From Candidatus Dojkabacteria bacterium (GTDB lineage Bacteria > Patescibacteriota > Dojkabacteria > SC72 > JAHDCA01): a DNA stretch of 64,000 nucleotides. How positions within the stretch are numbered: the stretch's first letter is position 1; each line of letters begins with the position of its first letter. The position numbers and the translations under genes are program-made. Below are positions 9,238 through 19,346 of this stretch, in pieces. The stretch spans positions 907,686 through 971,685 of the forward strand of contig CP129478.1 of assembly GCA_030583845.1 (NCBI GenBank), given 5' to 3'. The notes below the pieces were generated by a model, which saw only the letters and a list, made by a program, of their open reading frames with translations, was not told the origin of the DNA and did not search any database.

Positions 9238-11484
9238 CTAATCTGAAAGAAGCTCGGAAGTGTCGCCCTGTGGATGTATGATGTACAGTCTGTGAAGAGC
9301 TCTAGTAATTCCGACATAAAGTAGTCGCACATCTAGACCATTATCCTTGTAATGCTCATTTGATACATCGGCCAATATGACCGAATCAAACTCAAGCCCT
9401 TTTGCTTTCTCTATTGGGAGTACCAAGACTCCTGTATGGTAATCTTCCTCTTTATGGCTTACCAGGAGTGATTTCATCTTCTCTGCGTGAGGTAGCAGCG
9501 CGTTGTGGATACGGTCAGCGTGACCCTCGTTCTTGCAAATAATCGCCGTCGTGGCTGCACCCTTCTCAGTCTCGCCATTTAATATCTGGAGCAGCTCTTT
9601 GATATCTGACTCCTTCCCAGCCTCAAGTGGGCTTGAAGTCTCTATCTGCTTTACAGTATCGCCATGTCGAAGCACTGCTTCTGGCAGCTTGTAGCTATCC
9701 GGGAAGTACTTCTTGAAAATGCGGTTTGCATAATCGATAACTTCAACGGTAGTTCGGTAGCAGCGGAAAAGCTGGAAGTAGTCGGGCTGTGCGAACTCAG
9801 GAATCTGCTCTTTAAATAGTGCGATCACCTTATCCCAGTCATCGATATGAAACGGTGGGACGATTGATTGAGCTAAATCACCTGCGATAGTAATATTTCC
9901 GCGCTCAGCAATACGGGCGAGGGTTAATAGCTGGAATGGGCTAAGATCCTGTGCCTCATCTACGATAATGTAGCTACGCTGGCTATCCTTAAAACCGTGA
10001 ATCTTGAAATATAGCCACACCATGGGGGCAAGATCCTCGAGCTTATATCCGATCGAGTTGCCTGGAGTGCCTTTGAGGTAAGCATTTGTGTGTGCAGCTA
10101 CCTCTTTCCAGCTGATTGAGTCAGTGCTGACAGTTATCTCTGACCGCTTAAACAGACCCTGATACGCTTTGTAAATATCTGTAGATTTTCTAATGTAATC
10201 AAGAATCTTTTTGCGCTTCTCTTTCTGTACTTCGAGATTGCCCATGAAGTCCCCGATCATTTTCTTCTTGAATTGCACCTGGGCGAAGGCATAGTCTACC
10301 GAGAGCTCAAGTTTCTCAATCATAGTCATCTGTGGGTGCTGCTGTGAGAGCTCTCGATACCTATATTCGATATCGTAGCCCGTTGTTCCTGTGAGCCCTT
10401 CGAAAATATCAGCCTCCAGCTTTTCAAAGTATCTGTTAATCAACTCTACGAAATCTTTGCTCCCCTTTAGCTTCATTATTTCTAGGTTGTCCTTGTCGAC
10501 ATTTTGCATATATTTGTCGTTGAATCCAAGTATGCTTCTAGCCCAGAAGAGATATACATTCTGCTCAAGGTAGGAAACACCAAGGCTTGGTAACACATCC
10601 GATATATAGTCTAGGAACATTCTGTTTGGCGCAATTATCAAGGAGCGCTCTGGCCTGATCTTCTCGGCGTAGGTATAAAACAGGTAGGCCATCCGATGGA
10701 GGATAATTGTAGTCTTTCCCGAGCCCGCGACACCCTGGATCAAAGTAGGCTTATCGATTCCTGCGCGGATTATGTCGTTTTGCTGCTCCTGGATTGTGGC
10801 GACAATATCTTTCAGCTTTTGGCCTATGCGCTTGGTTAATTGAGAGAGCAAGAATTCATCGGCAGCAGCATTACCGCTCTTGGCGTCATAAATATGTGTG
10901 ATTCTTCCCTCGGCGATCTCAAACTGCCTTTTCTGAAGCAGATCACCGCTTTGCACACCTGTTGGAGCCACAAATGACACGTCATCGGTTGGCCCTGTGT
11001 TCATGTAGTAAAGGTTGGCAATAGGTGCTCTCCAGTCGGTAATCAACGGCAGATGCGAATCTTTGTCCATGTAGGCAAATTTGCCCAGATACATTTGAAG
11101 TGTTGTCTCTGGATAGCGCTCATTCTTCTTGCGGTGGAAGCTGATTTTGCCGAAGTAAGGCGAATAGATCATATCGAGGATGCGATTCATCCTCTCTAGC
11201 AGATCGTGCATCATATCCTGCAGCTTCTTATACTCTGTCAATGCTTCGTTCTTGTCGTCTCCTGTCTCGTTATCGATGACAGTGATCCAGTGTTCGATCT
11301 GCTCTTCTAGATCTTCCATGACCTTAAGCTCTCGGTGAATGTCGGAAATAAGCATTTTAACCACCTTCTCAAGGTATGGCTGCTCTTCTTTCTGGGTCTC
11401 TGAGGTTATCTCTGCATTACTAAAATCGGAAATCGTGTCCAGCTTGGTCACGATGGGGTTGAGGTATTTCTTATACTTCTGCAT
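9238..11484 (-). CDS. UvrD/PcrA-superfamily DNA helicase, HelD-like
   Basis: 748 aa; Walker A 'GVAGSGKTT', 'DEAQDLSP' and a C-terminal UvrD_C-like region. A roughly 220 aa N-terminal domain precedes the motor, as in helicase IV/HelD. Confidence 0.8.
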   Translation of the reverse strand: MQKYKKYLNPIVTKLDTISDFSNAEITSETQKEEQPYLEKVVKMLISDIHRELKVMEDLEEQIEHWITVIDNETGDDKNEALTEYKKLQDMMHDLLERMNRILDMIYSPYFGKISFHRKKNERYPETTLQMYLGKFAYMDKDSHLPLITDWRAPIANLYYMNTGPTDDVSFVAPTGVQSGDLLQKRQFEIAEGRITHIYDAKSGNAAADEFLLSQLTKRIGQKLKDIVATIQEQQNDIIRAGIDKPTLIQGVAGSGKTTIILHRMAYLFYTYAEKIRPERSLIIAPNRMFLDYISDVLPSLGVSYLEQNVYLFWARSILGFNDKYMQNVDKDNLEIMKLKGSKDFVELINRYFEKLEADIFEGLTGTTGYDIEYRYRELSQQHPQMTMIEKLELSVDYAFAQVQFKKKMIGDFMGNLEVQKEKRKKILDYIRKSTDIYKAYQGLFKRSEITVSTDSISWKEVAAHTNAYLKGTPGNSIGYKLEDLAPMVWLYFKIHGFKDSQRSYIIVDEAQDLSPFQLLTLARIAERGNITIAGDLAQSIVPPFHIDDWDKVIALFKEQIPEFAQPDYFQLFRCYRTTVEVIDYANRIFKKYFPDSYKLPEAVLRHGDTVKQIETSSPLEAGKESDIKELLQILNGETEKGAATTAIICKNEGHADRIHNALLPHAEKMKSLLVSHKEEDYHTGVLVLPIEKAKGLEFDSVILADVSNEHYKDNGLDVRLLYVGITRALHRLYIIHPQGDTSELLSD

Positions 11485-11569
11485 TTGCGCTCTTTTATCT
11501 AGAAATCCGGACGTAATAGTATCAGTTATTTGGCGTTGCTGTCAATGAAAAACAATGAAGTTGCTGTGT

Positions 11570-11601
11570 AAAATAAATGCGACCCGCCAAAGGCGGGTCG
11601 C
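11570..11601 (-). terminator. Intrinsic terminator
   Basis: GC hairpin gcgacccgcc-aaa-ggcgggtcgc followed on the minus strand by ATTTATTTT. It lies downstream of the 11772..13664 gene. Confidence 0.55.
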
Positions 11602-11771
11602 ATTGCAGGAAGCACTACTTTATACGCACTTCCCCTTGCCGAATAACAAGCAGGTTAAGAAAGCTTAACTTTTTATTTAATTAGTATGCTACGTCTACAG
11701 GAATCTGCTCACCGTCACCACTACTATCATACATACTGCTTGCCTCGATTAACCCCTGCAAGTAAGCAAAG

Positions 11772-13664
11772 TCACCAGTTAGATGAATATGTCTTGAAAG
11801 ACTTGCTCTCAACCGCTGGCTGGTCTGAGCCACCAACACTCAGTGTGTACACATTATCCTGGTACTCAAATATGTAGTAAACGCTGTAATACTCCTCTAC
11901 CGGCTCTACGGGCATAATGTCACGGTCGCTTGATCCACTACCCGAGCTCGCAGCACTGCCACCACTCTTGCTTACTTCACTATATTGTCCATATTCAACC
12001 TGTACAGCACCAACTGTCTCACCGTTAATTGTCAGAGATACGTTGTTCACGGGAGAGTCGCCGCGATTTTGCCTGATAAGCTCTTCAAGTGATGTGCCAT
12101 CATGATAGATAGATGCACTATAGCTGGTAGAGCCTGCTGTTACGCCGTACTCAACCTCTGGGAATAGCGTATCGAGATTTGCATAAGAGGTATACTCCTG
12201 ATACATTTTCTCTCCTAGCTCACCTGGGGCATAGAAGTCGCGATCTGCCATATACTCGCTAAGCGGGTCGTTAAGATCTTCTTCGGTTGTTACATTTACA
12301 TAATTAAGTGTGAATCCATCCTCTATCGGGGTAACCAGGGTGTATTCCTCGGACTGTAACCTACTGTAAAGCTCCTCTTTCTCAGCCTCTGGGCTATAAT
12401 CGTCATCCGGATACTCAACTGTCACAACGTCAACATCCAAGTCAAACTTGAAAGTGGATGCTACCTGCTCGTAAGGCAGCTCTTCAGAGGAGTAGCTGCT
12501 GCTATGTGTATACATCAGGTTGTCATCTGATTCAGTGCCAAAGTAGCTCTCACTCTGGATGTAGCTGTAGTCAGACTTGTCATACCATGTGAGTAGCACA
12601 ATAGTTTCAGCATTTTCAGGTGACTGTTCTACAGCTCCGACTCGTACTGAGCCAACACTTTCTAAATCACAACCTGTTTCATAGCTTGTCTTTACAACAT
12701 ATGCTTCGCGGCCATCAATCATGACAATATCTACAATCTCGCCATCTATCTGTGCCACTGGCTCGTCGACTGAATCGTCGATCGGATCCGGGGTAGGCTC
12801 TGGTACACCAACACCAGGGTCTACTACTGTGGTCTCTCCACCCGCACTCCCAGGGTCATCAACGTCTGGCTCACTTGTTGGTGGACTCGCAGCTGTATCT
12901 TCAGCAGCGTCTACTGTATCGCTGTCCGCAGCAATGTCCTCTACTGCCATAAATGCGGTAGGCGAGCCTTTTATGAAAATCGCAAAGTCACCACCATAAT
13001 ATGTGTAGGAGCCTGTCTGATCAGTTAGATAATATCCAATAACATTCCCATTCGAATCGGTTGTTACATTTTTGTTGTAGTAGGCATAATTACTGTCTGT
13101 GGTGTCGTAATAGCTGTAGCTTTCTGATGTAATTGCCTCATTGGTATAGTAACCCCAAGGCGATACAGCAAGACACTTATCTCTTGCTGGACCAGCTGTA
13201 TATTTATCGATAGCTTCTGTGTACGACTTTTGATCCATCATTCTAGGAGCGAGAAGATCAGAAGCAGAATCCGCTTCGGCTGTTATTCCGTTTGCCGCAT
13301 AGCTGCTAAGCCTTGTAGCAATGGATTCGCCCCCTGTCGATGCATATCCTTGCAATTTGCCAAGTACTGATGCCTGGTCGAGTGTCCACAATTCATATCG
13401 AGACTTGATCCAGAACTGATTGGCATAGATTAAATAGCCGCCAACCAACATTGCTAGCACAGCAACGGGTATGGCTACTTTGAGAGCTTTTCTCATGGCA
13501 GAGATGAATAAAAAATTATTCTTTCCGGGCTGGCCAGCACTCTGGTCACCATTTAAGAGTAGCAATTTCTCCTCAAGCTGAGAAGCGAACTGCTCATCCG
13601 GCACAGCGTCGCTGAATTTCCCGGTGAAACTATTTAATTTTTGCTCTATTGGATCTTTACCCAT
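11772..13664 (-). CDS. Anti-sigma-factor-like membrane protein with large acidic, Ser/Thr/Tyr-rich ectodomain
   Basis: 630 aa; about 60 aa N-terminal cytoplasmic segment, a single TM helix (ALKVAIPVAVLAMLVGGYLIY) and a roughly 550 aa extracytoplasmic low-complexity region. It lies directly downstream of the ECF sigma gene. Confidence 0.45.
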   Translation of the reverse strand: MGKDPIEQKLNSFTGKFSDAVPDEQFASQLEEKLLLLNGDQSAGQPGKNNFLFISAMRKALKVAIPVAVLAMLVGGYLIYANQFWIKSRYELWTLDQASVLGKLQGYASTGGESIATRLSSYAANGITAEADSASDLLAPRMMDQKSYTEAIDKYTAGPARDKCLAVSPWGYYTNEAITSESYSYYDTTDSNYAYYNKNVTTDSNGNVIGYYLTDQTGSYTYYGGDFAIFIKGSPTAFMAVEDIAADSDTVDAAEDTAASPPTSEPDVDDPGSAGGETTVVDPGVGVPEPTPDPIDDSVDEPVAQIDGEIVDIVMIDGREAYVVKTSYETGCDLESVGSVRVGAVEQSPENAETIVLLTWYDKSDYSYIQSESYFGTESDDNLMYTHSSSYSSEELPYEQVASTFKFDLDVDVVTVEYPDDDYSPEAEKEELYSRLQSEEYTLVTPIEDGFTLNYVNVTTEEDLNDPLSEYMADRDFYAPGELGEKMYQEYTSYANLDTLFPEVEYGVTAGSTSYSASIYHDGTSLEELIRQNRGDSPVNNVSLTINGETVGAVQVEYGQYSEVSKSGGSAASSGSGSSDRDIMPVEPVEEYYSVYYIFEYQDNVYTLSVGGSDQPAVESKSFKTYSSNW

Positions 13665-13698
13665 ATGAACAAATTTCTTAGTTATAATATTAAGTCGG

Positions 13699-14196
13699 CT
13701 ACGGTGTACATGCTACTAGCTCTTTTAGCTTCCGTATTGCGCGTTTTTGAGTTGTTTTTACATAGTTCATGTCTTTATTGAGGATAAGGCAGATGTCGGA
13801 TAAAGAATTTTTCTCAATTAGTCTAAGCGTAGCGATCTCTTTCTGTTTTTGCGGCAATTTAGCAATAAATGGCAGAATTCTTTCTTCTAATGTAGTGGCT
13901 GATTCGCGCTCTTCAATATACTGATTCGCATACTCATCGAAGATCTCTTCATCAAACTGCACAAGCACCGATTCATATTTCTGGCGGAGGAAATCTTGGA
14001 AAACATTGTAGGCGACGCCCCATATATACTTATCTTTGTCTTGGATATCTGCCGCTTTTGTTTTTTCGAGAAATCTGACGAATGTATCGCTGGTCATGTC
14101 CTCGCTGCGGGTTCGCGACAATGTTTTGTAGTAGAAGAATTTGTATATCCGTGGCATCTGCTCGCGGTAGAAACTCCTCAGCTCATCATTGGTCAT
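13699..14196 (-). CDS. RNA polymerase sigma-70 family (ECF-type) sigma factor
   Basis: 165 aa; sigma region 2 plus a region-4 HTH 'LSDICLILNKDMNYVKTTQKRAIRKLKEL'. Confidence 0.8.
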   Translation of the reverse strand: MTNDELRSFYREQMPRIYKFFYYKTLSRTRSEDMTSDTFVRFLEKTKAADIQDKDKYIWGVAYNVFQDFLRQKYESVLVQFDEEIFDEYANQYIEERESATTLEERILPFIAKLPQKQKEIATLRLIEKNSLSDICLILNKDMNYVKTTQKRAIRKLKELVACTP

Positions 14197-14287
14197 ACGG
14201 CTTTATAAAGTCATCATATTCATAGTCGAGTATGGTGTACATTTTGTCAATAAATGTAATGCTATAAAGCCATATACGAGTGTCGGA

Positions 14288-15349
14288 CTACAGTGTAACT
14301 GCTGGTTCCCACTCAGTAATAATGCCTCGTCCTAGACATTTCTCGCCTCTGTAGACCACAAGGCTCTGACCCTTTGATGGCGCCCAAAGCGGCTTCTTAA
14401 ATACAAATTTACCATCCTGGAATTTCACTGCTGTTGGCTCGCTTCGATATCGTATCTGTGCTGTTAGTTCGCCTTCCAGCTTTTCGTCTTGATTGATAAA
14501 CTGAAATGGCTCGGTACTGATTGTATTGCTCCAAAGCTGCGGATGCTTTTTGCCGTTTGCGACATACAACCTGTTATTTTCCACATCCTTACACGCCACA
14601 AAATATGGCTGCTCAAGCCCACCAATTTGCAAACCCTTTCTCTGTCCATTGGTGTAAAACCAAACTCCATTGTGCTCTCCGACTACTTCATCTGTATCAA
14701 CATCTACGATTTCGCCATATATCTCCTTCAGTCGCAGGCTTAGGAAATCTTGAATATCGACCTTGCCGACAAAGCAGATTCCCTGGCTGTCCTTGCGTGT
14801 GGCATTTGGTAACCCTAATTCAGCTGCTAGCTTGCGCACCTCTGACTTCTTCATTGAGTGTAGTGGGAAGTATGCTTTGGATAGCTGCTCTTCTGTAAGT
14901 CCAGATAGAAAATATGTCTGATCTTTGCTCCTGTCCGTAGCTTTAAATAGCGACCCGTCTTCAGTGCGTGCATAATGGCCGGTGGCAATTAGATCTGCAC
15001 CATCCTCTATTGCTCGTTTCATGAAAACATCAAATTTAATGAAGCTATTGCACAAAATATCTGGGTTTGGTGTGTTGCCACGCTCATACTCTTCATAGAA
15101 ATTCGAAATAACCGACTCGCGATACTCTTTCTCGAAATTGTAAGAGATGAAAGGGATATTAAGCTTCTCGCAAGCTTTCTGTGCATAATCCATGTCTTCC
15201 TGCCATGGGCATTGATCATCGATCCCAAGATCGTCGCCTGACCAATTTTTCATGAATACTCCGGTAACATCATGGCCGTCACGTAACAGTATCGCCGCAG
15301 AAACAGCGCTATCTACACCTCCAGACATACCGACAAATATTTTGCTCAT
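14288..15349 (-). CDS. mnmA: tRNA-specific 2-thiouridylase MnmA
   Basis: 353 aa; PP-loop 'VGMSGGVDSAVSA' and conserved catalytic cysteines. Confidence 0.9.
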   Translation of the reverse strand: MSKIFVGMSGGVDSAVSAAILLRDGHDVTGVFMKNWSGDDLGIDDQCPWQEDMDYAQKACEKLNIPFISYNFEKEYRESVISNFYEEYERGNTPNPDILCNSFIKFDVFMKRAIEDGADLIATGHYARTEDGSLFKATDRSKDQTYFLSGLTEEQLSKAYFPLHSMKKSEVRKLAAELGLPNATRKDSQGICFVGKVDIQDFLSLRLKEIYGEIVDVDTDEVVGEHNGVWFYTNGQRKGLQIGGLEQPYFVACKDVENNRLYVANGKKHPQLWSNTISTEPFQFINQDEKLEGELTAQIRYRSEPTAVKFQDGKFVFKKPLWAPSKGQSLVVYRGEKCLGRGIITEWEPAVTL

Positions 15350-15405
15350 CTCAATATGATAGGCTAAAATGGTACTGATTAATAAGATAGAGAGTATTAT
15401 ATCGT

Positions 15406-15924
15406 ATGTTAGCGAGAAATCTACTTGGTCCCACGGTTATTTTCTGCACAGTCATACTGTTTGCCGTGCTGATTTTGACTATGATTTACAGCACTGATAA
15501 CTCAGTCACCGACCCAAGGATTGTAAACTCTGGCTTAGATGATAGCTGGGGGAGATTCACAAATGCTGATGGTGAAGAGGTTGAGCTACTCCTAGAGATA
15601 GCAGACACGGAGCAGAAACAGAGAATCGGACTGATGAATCGCCTAGACCTACACTATGATCAAGGGATGCTATTTGCATTTGAGTCGCCAAGAATGGGCG
15701 GATTCTGGATGAAGAATACACTAATCTACCTGGATATGATCTATATTGATAGTAAGTTTCAAGTGGTCGACATTGTCCATTATGCTGCTCCTTGTCGTAT
15801 TGAGCAGTGTAGGGCATATCACCCTTCGTCGAGCTATCAGTATGTGGTAGAGGTAAATGGCGGCTGGGCTAATGAAAACCAGGTGACAGAGGGTTCAACA
15901 TTTGAGATTAATTACAGTTTTTAG
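15406..15924 (+). CDS. DUF192 domain protein
   Basis: 172 aa; N-terminal TM and a 'GLMNR…GMLFAF…MKNTLIYLDMIYID' DUF192-type core. Confidence 0.6.
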   Translation: MLARNLLGPTVIFCTVILFAVLILTMIYSTDNSVTDPRIVNSGLDDSWGRFTNADGEEVELLLEIADTEQKQRIGLMNRLDLHYDQGMLFAFESPRMGGFWMKNTLIYLDMIYIDSKFQVVDIVHYAAPCRIEQCRAYHPSSSYQYVVEVNGGWANENQVTEGSTFEINYSF

Positions 15925-15935
15925 GAAGCGGGAAG

Positions 15936-16556
15936 CTACTGCCTATCAATCTCGTTCATGACGCCCTGCACTTTATATCCCCAGGTAGGACATTGGTAAC
16001 AGTAGTAGCGACCAATTTCATGTGGAGTGTCGGCACCTTTGTCGAAATAACCAAATCTAAGTATCTGGGCATGCTTCTCGATTGCCTGCTCATAGCTTGT
16101 GAAGCTCAGTGCACCGCCCTGACCACCCATACCTGCATAATTGTAAGGTCGATAGTTATGTCGACCTGCACCTGATTCTATTACCGCGATGGCAGGCATC
16201 AGGTTGTAAGGGAGGCCATACTTCACAGCCATCTTTTCAAAGGTCTTTGCCTGAGAGGCCATAGGTGAGCCACGCTTGCTTAGGTAGCTTTCGAGCTTTC
16301 GAATATTCTCCTGGCTATACTTCAGATCTTCTACCCGCTGGTCGACTATTGCCTGCTTTGCGGCATCTTGCGTAAAATCGTACTGAACTGGTACTACGAA
16401 TTCCTTACGGTACTCTGAAGCGGCAAATGCAGAATGCTCGGTTATGATATTGTCGTCAATTTGAAGCTGGCTGAATACGTTCACAAAGTTGCCTGAAAGA
16501 AGTATCATGACAACGAGTACGAGGGCTTTTCTCTTGTAATTCAATGGGACTTGCAT
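15936..16556 (-). CDS. Secreted glucosaminidase (GH73/FlgJ-like) domain protein, putative peptidoglycan hydrolase
   Basis: 206 aa; signal/TM start. 'AIAVIESGAGRH…' resembles the 'ESgwG' glucosaminidase motif. Confidence 0.4.
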   Translation of the reverse strand: MQVPLNYKRKALVLVVMILLSGNFVNVFSQLQIDDNIITEHSAFAASEYRKEFVVPVQYDFTQDAAKQAIVDQRVEDLKYSQENIRKLESYLSKRGSPMASQAKTFEKMAVKYGLPYNLMPAIAVIESGAGRHNYRPYNYAGMGGQGGALSFTSYEQAIEKHAQILRFGYFDKGADTPHEIGRYYCYQCPTWGYKVQGVMNEIDRQ

Positions 16557-16594
16557 TTCTTACGATGCAAAAGTTACTAATTGCATAAGTCTGC

Positions 16595-17626
16595 GTGACC
16601 TATAATATATTATATCATGTTTTGACGGCGATTTCATCCGTCAAGAAAGCTACTATTATGAAGGAATATCTCTTGAAAATTGAGATTAGGAAGAGTATTA
16701 AGTACACCCTCTTTGGTTTCCTTATGGGCTGTGCCGAGATCGTCCCAGGAGTGAGCGGGTCTGCCATCGCTTTGATGGGTGGTATATACGAAGGAATTGT
16801 TGAGGCACTCTTTAGAACTACCCAGATAGCGAAAACGGTTCTTGCCTTCTTGATGCGCAAGGCTACATTTAAGGATGTTCGCGACCAGATATTGAAAATG
16901 GACTCTAAATTTGTAGTTCCACTAGGTTTTGGAGTGCTGTTCGCTCTTGTAACGATGACCTCGGCAGTGCTGTGGATGCTTGATAACTACCCGTACTACC
17001 TATTTGCAATACTTTTGGCGCTACTACTTGCGGCCTCGGTAGTGCCATATATGGAAATGAAAAGAAAAGGGTGGAGAGAGCTTCTGCTTTTTGCCGTTAC
17101 ATTTATAGTTTTCTCTTGGATTGTGTTCCAAGATGAGTCGTCGATGATAACAGATCCATCATATCTGCTGCTCCTGGTGGCAGGATTCTTCGGTATTTCT
17201 GGAATGATCTTGCCTGGTGTGAGTGGTGGAGTAATACTTCTTGTTATGGGGGTCTACTACTACATTATTGATACAGTACATTCGTTAATTACCCTCACTG
17301 TGACTCCAGAGCAGCTTATAGGGCTAATGTTTTTTGGAGTAGGTGCTGCGGCAGGTTTCTTCACGATATCGATACTTATGAGGAAGCTTTTGATCAGTGC
17401 GAGAAGTCTGTTTATGGCTTTCGTCATGGCGCTCGTACTATCTTCGGCTCCTACTTTATGGCCATTTGTGGATGTGACTGGCTACTCAGAGAGTGGGAAA
17501 CCGATTATTGAGCAGGTTGGTGTAGAGAATTTCACTGACAGGCAGATATTAACCATGGTACTGCTGTTTGCTCTGGTTTTCGGCACAACATTCTACCTGA
17601 ACTGGCGGAGCTACAAGAAGGCGTAG
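16595..17626 (+). CDS. DUF368 family membrane protein (putative undecaprenyl-phosphate translocase)
   Basis: 343 aa; two internal repeats each carrying 'PGVSGS/PGVSGG', matching the DUF368 duplicated 'PGxSRSG' signature. The true start may be the internal MKEYLL. Confidence 0.65.
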   Translation: MTYNILYHVLTAISSVKKATIMKEYLLKIEIRKSIKYTLFGFLMGCAEIVPGVSGSAIALMGGIYEGIVEALFRTTQIAKTVLAFLMRKATFKDVRDQILKMDSKFVVPLGFGVLFALVTMTSAVLWMLDNYPYYLFAILLALLLAASVVPYMEMKRKGWRELLLFAVTFIVFSWIVFQDESSMITDPSYLLLLVAGFFGISGMILPGVSGGVILLVMGVYYYIIDTVHSLITLTVTPEQLIGLMFFGVGAAAGFFTISILMRKLLISARSLFMAFVMALVLSSAPTLWPFVDVTGYSESGKPIIEQVGVENFTDRQILTMVLLFALVFGTTFYLNWRSYKKA

Positions 17627-17627
17627 G

Positions 17628-19185
17628 CTATTTATTAAGCAGGCTTTGGCCACGCATCTCGTCTGGCTTGCTGATACCCATCAGATGCAGTACAGTCGGC
17701 GCAATATCGGATAGCTTGCCGAATCGCATATTTACCTTTGGTAAATTCTTGTCTACAACAATAAATGGAACAGGGTTTAACGAGTGCTCAGTATCTACTA
17801 CATCCTCGGTACCAAATTTGATTACCTCTTCTACATTTCCGTGATCTGCGGTTAATATTACTGTGCCGCCCATTGCTGTAAATCTATCTACCAAGCGGTT
17901 TACACAGTAATCAGTCGCTTGAATAGCCTTGATACAGGCCTCCATATTACCTGTGTGCCCGACCATGTCTGGATTGGCCAGATTAAGCAGGATAAAGTCA
18001 TATGTTCCAGTCTTAATCCTTGCCTCCAAGGCCTCGGTCACTTGCAAAGCACTCATTTCTGGCTTCAAATCGTAAGTTGGCACGTTGGGTGACTGGATCT
18101 CAATACGATCTTCGCCTGGGTATTTCACATCTAGGCCTCCATTAAAGAAATATGTCACGTGTGGGAATTTCTCAGATTCGGCAATCCTAAGTTGGCGTAG
18201 GTTGCTTTCAGAGAGCATGCGTCCAAGTGACAGATTCACATACTCTTTGGGCATAATAACCTTATTAGGGAAATCTTTCTTGTATGCCACCATGCCAGCG
18301 TAGTAGAGATTCTGGAATGCCACTGTCTGGAAATGCATAAAATCTGACTGGATGAAAGCCTCAGATAGCTGTGTCGCTCGGTCAGATCGGAAATTTAGAA
18401 AGAGCACCACATCGTTTTCAACAATCATCGGGATATCGCTCCCGTCAGGGATAATCGTGGGCTCGATAAACTCATCGGTCTTGCCGGCAGTATACGAGGC
18501 ATTTAACCCGCTCTGCCAATCTGCTACCTTTGTTCCTGCTCCCTTGGTAAGCATCGAGTAAGCCTGCTCGGTTCGCTCCCACTTCTCATTTCTATCCATT
18601 GCAAGAGATCTTCCTACTAAGTGACGCGATATGCCCAAGCCCTGTATTCGTGATCTGGGTCTGGAGGGTATTTAGGTATTGCGCTGCTGATTGTGGGCCT
18701 GTGTCTCGACCGTCGGTAAAAGCATGGAAATATAGCTTGCCCTTATAGCCCTTGTTGAGGAAAAACTGCTGGGTTGCTATGAAGTGGTCAATATGGGCGT
18801 GGACAGATCCGGTGCTTGCACACCCCATTATATGGATCTTAGAGCCGTAGCTTTGCGCATGGTTGAGCGCTTCGGTAAGTGTCTGGTTGGTAAAAAAGGC
18901 TCCAGTTGATATGCTTTTATTGATCTTTGGGAGATTTTGCAAGATTATCTTGCCGGCACCAATATTTAAGTGTCCAACTTCACTGTTGCCATATGTGTCC
19001 TCGGGCAAGCCCACAGCCTCGCCAGAGGCATCTAGATATGTGTGCGGATATCCATCCCAAAGCGAGATAAGATTTTTCGGGTGTGCGAGAGAGACAGCGT
19101 TCCCTTTGCCGTCTGGTGCTGCGCCAAGCCCATCCATGATTATTAACATCACCTTCTTCTTTTGGAGTTGGCCGTCGGGGTGCAT
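17628..19185 (-). pseudogene. gpmI: 2,3-bisphosphoglycerate-independent phosphoglycerate mutase split by a +1 frameshift near 18615-18640
   Basis: The N-terminal fragment ORF 18592..19185 carries 'IIMDGLG…GNSEVGHLNIGAGKII' and ends '…GLGHIASL|SRKISCNG*'. The C-terminal fragment ORF 17628..18638 begins '…HLVGRSLAMDRNEKWER…'. Skipping one nucleotide reconstitutes the conserved junction 'G.IASL-VGRSLAMDR', so the sequence has one extra base. Confidence 0.75.
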
Positions 19186-19270
19186 TTGGGACAGTGCAAT
19201 ATATATTTCAATGGATATTCTGGCATAAAATCCATTTTTATTCTATAATCCTTCAGGATTTCACGGCTGC

Positions 19271-19299
19271 TTGAGAAATATTTCGACTCCCAGTATAAT
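19271..19299 (+). promoter_or_regulatory. Sigma-70-like promoter for rplS (TTGAGA-N17-TATAAT)
   Basis: -35 ttgaga at 19271-19276, a 17 nt spacer and -10 tataat at 19294-19299, about 47 nt upstream of the rplS ATG. Confidence 0.5.
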
Positions 19300-19346
19300 C
19301 ACCCGTGCGAATTTAAAACAGAGTAATAATCTAATTAAGTAAGAGA

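Noticed and set aside
9238-11484. Helicase as part of a defence island
   Set aside because: HelD-like helicases are common housekeeping RNAP-recycling factors. Flanking genes (HAD hydrolase, sigma/anti-sigma) show no nuclease, methyltransferase or other defence signatures.
12721-12999. 92-aa plus-strand ORF and similar short ORFs (11917..12105, 11686..11877)
   Set aside because: They are embedded antisense within the 11772..13664 gene. Their Ser/Thr/Gly-rich translations mirror the acidic repeat region on the opposite strand.
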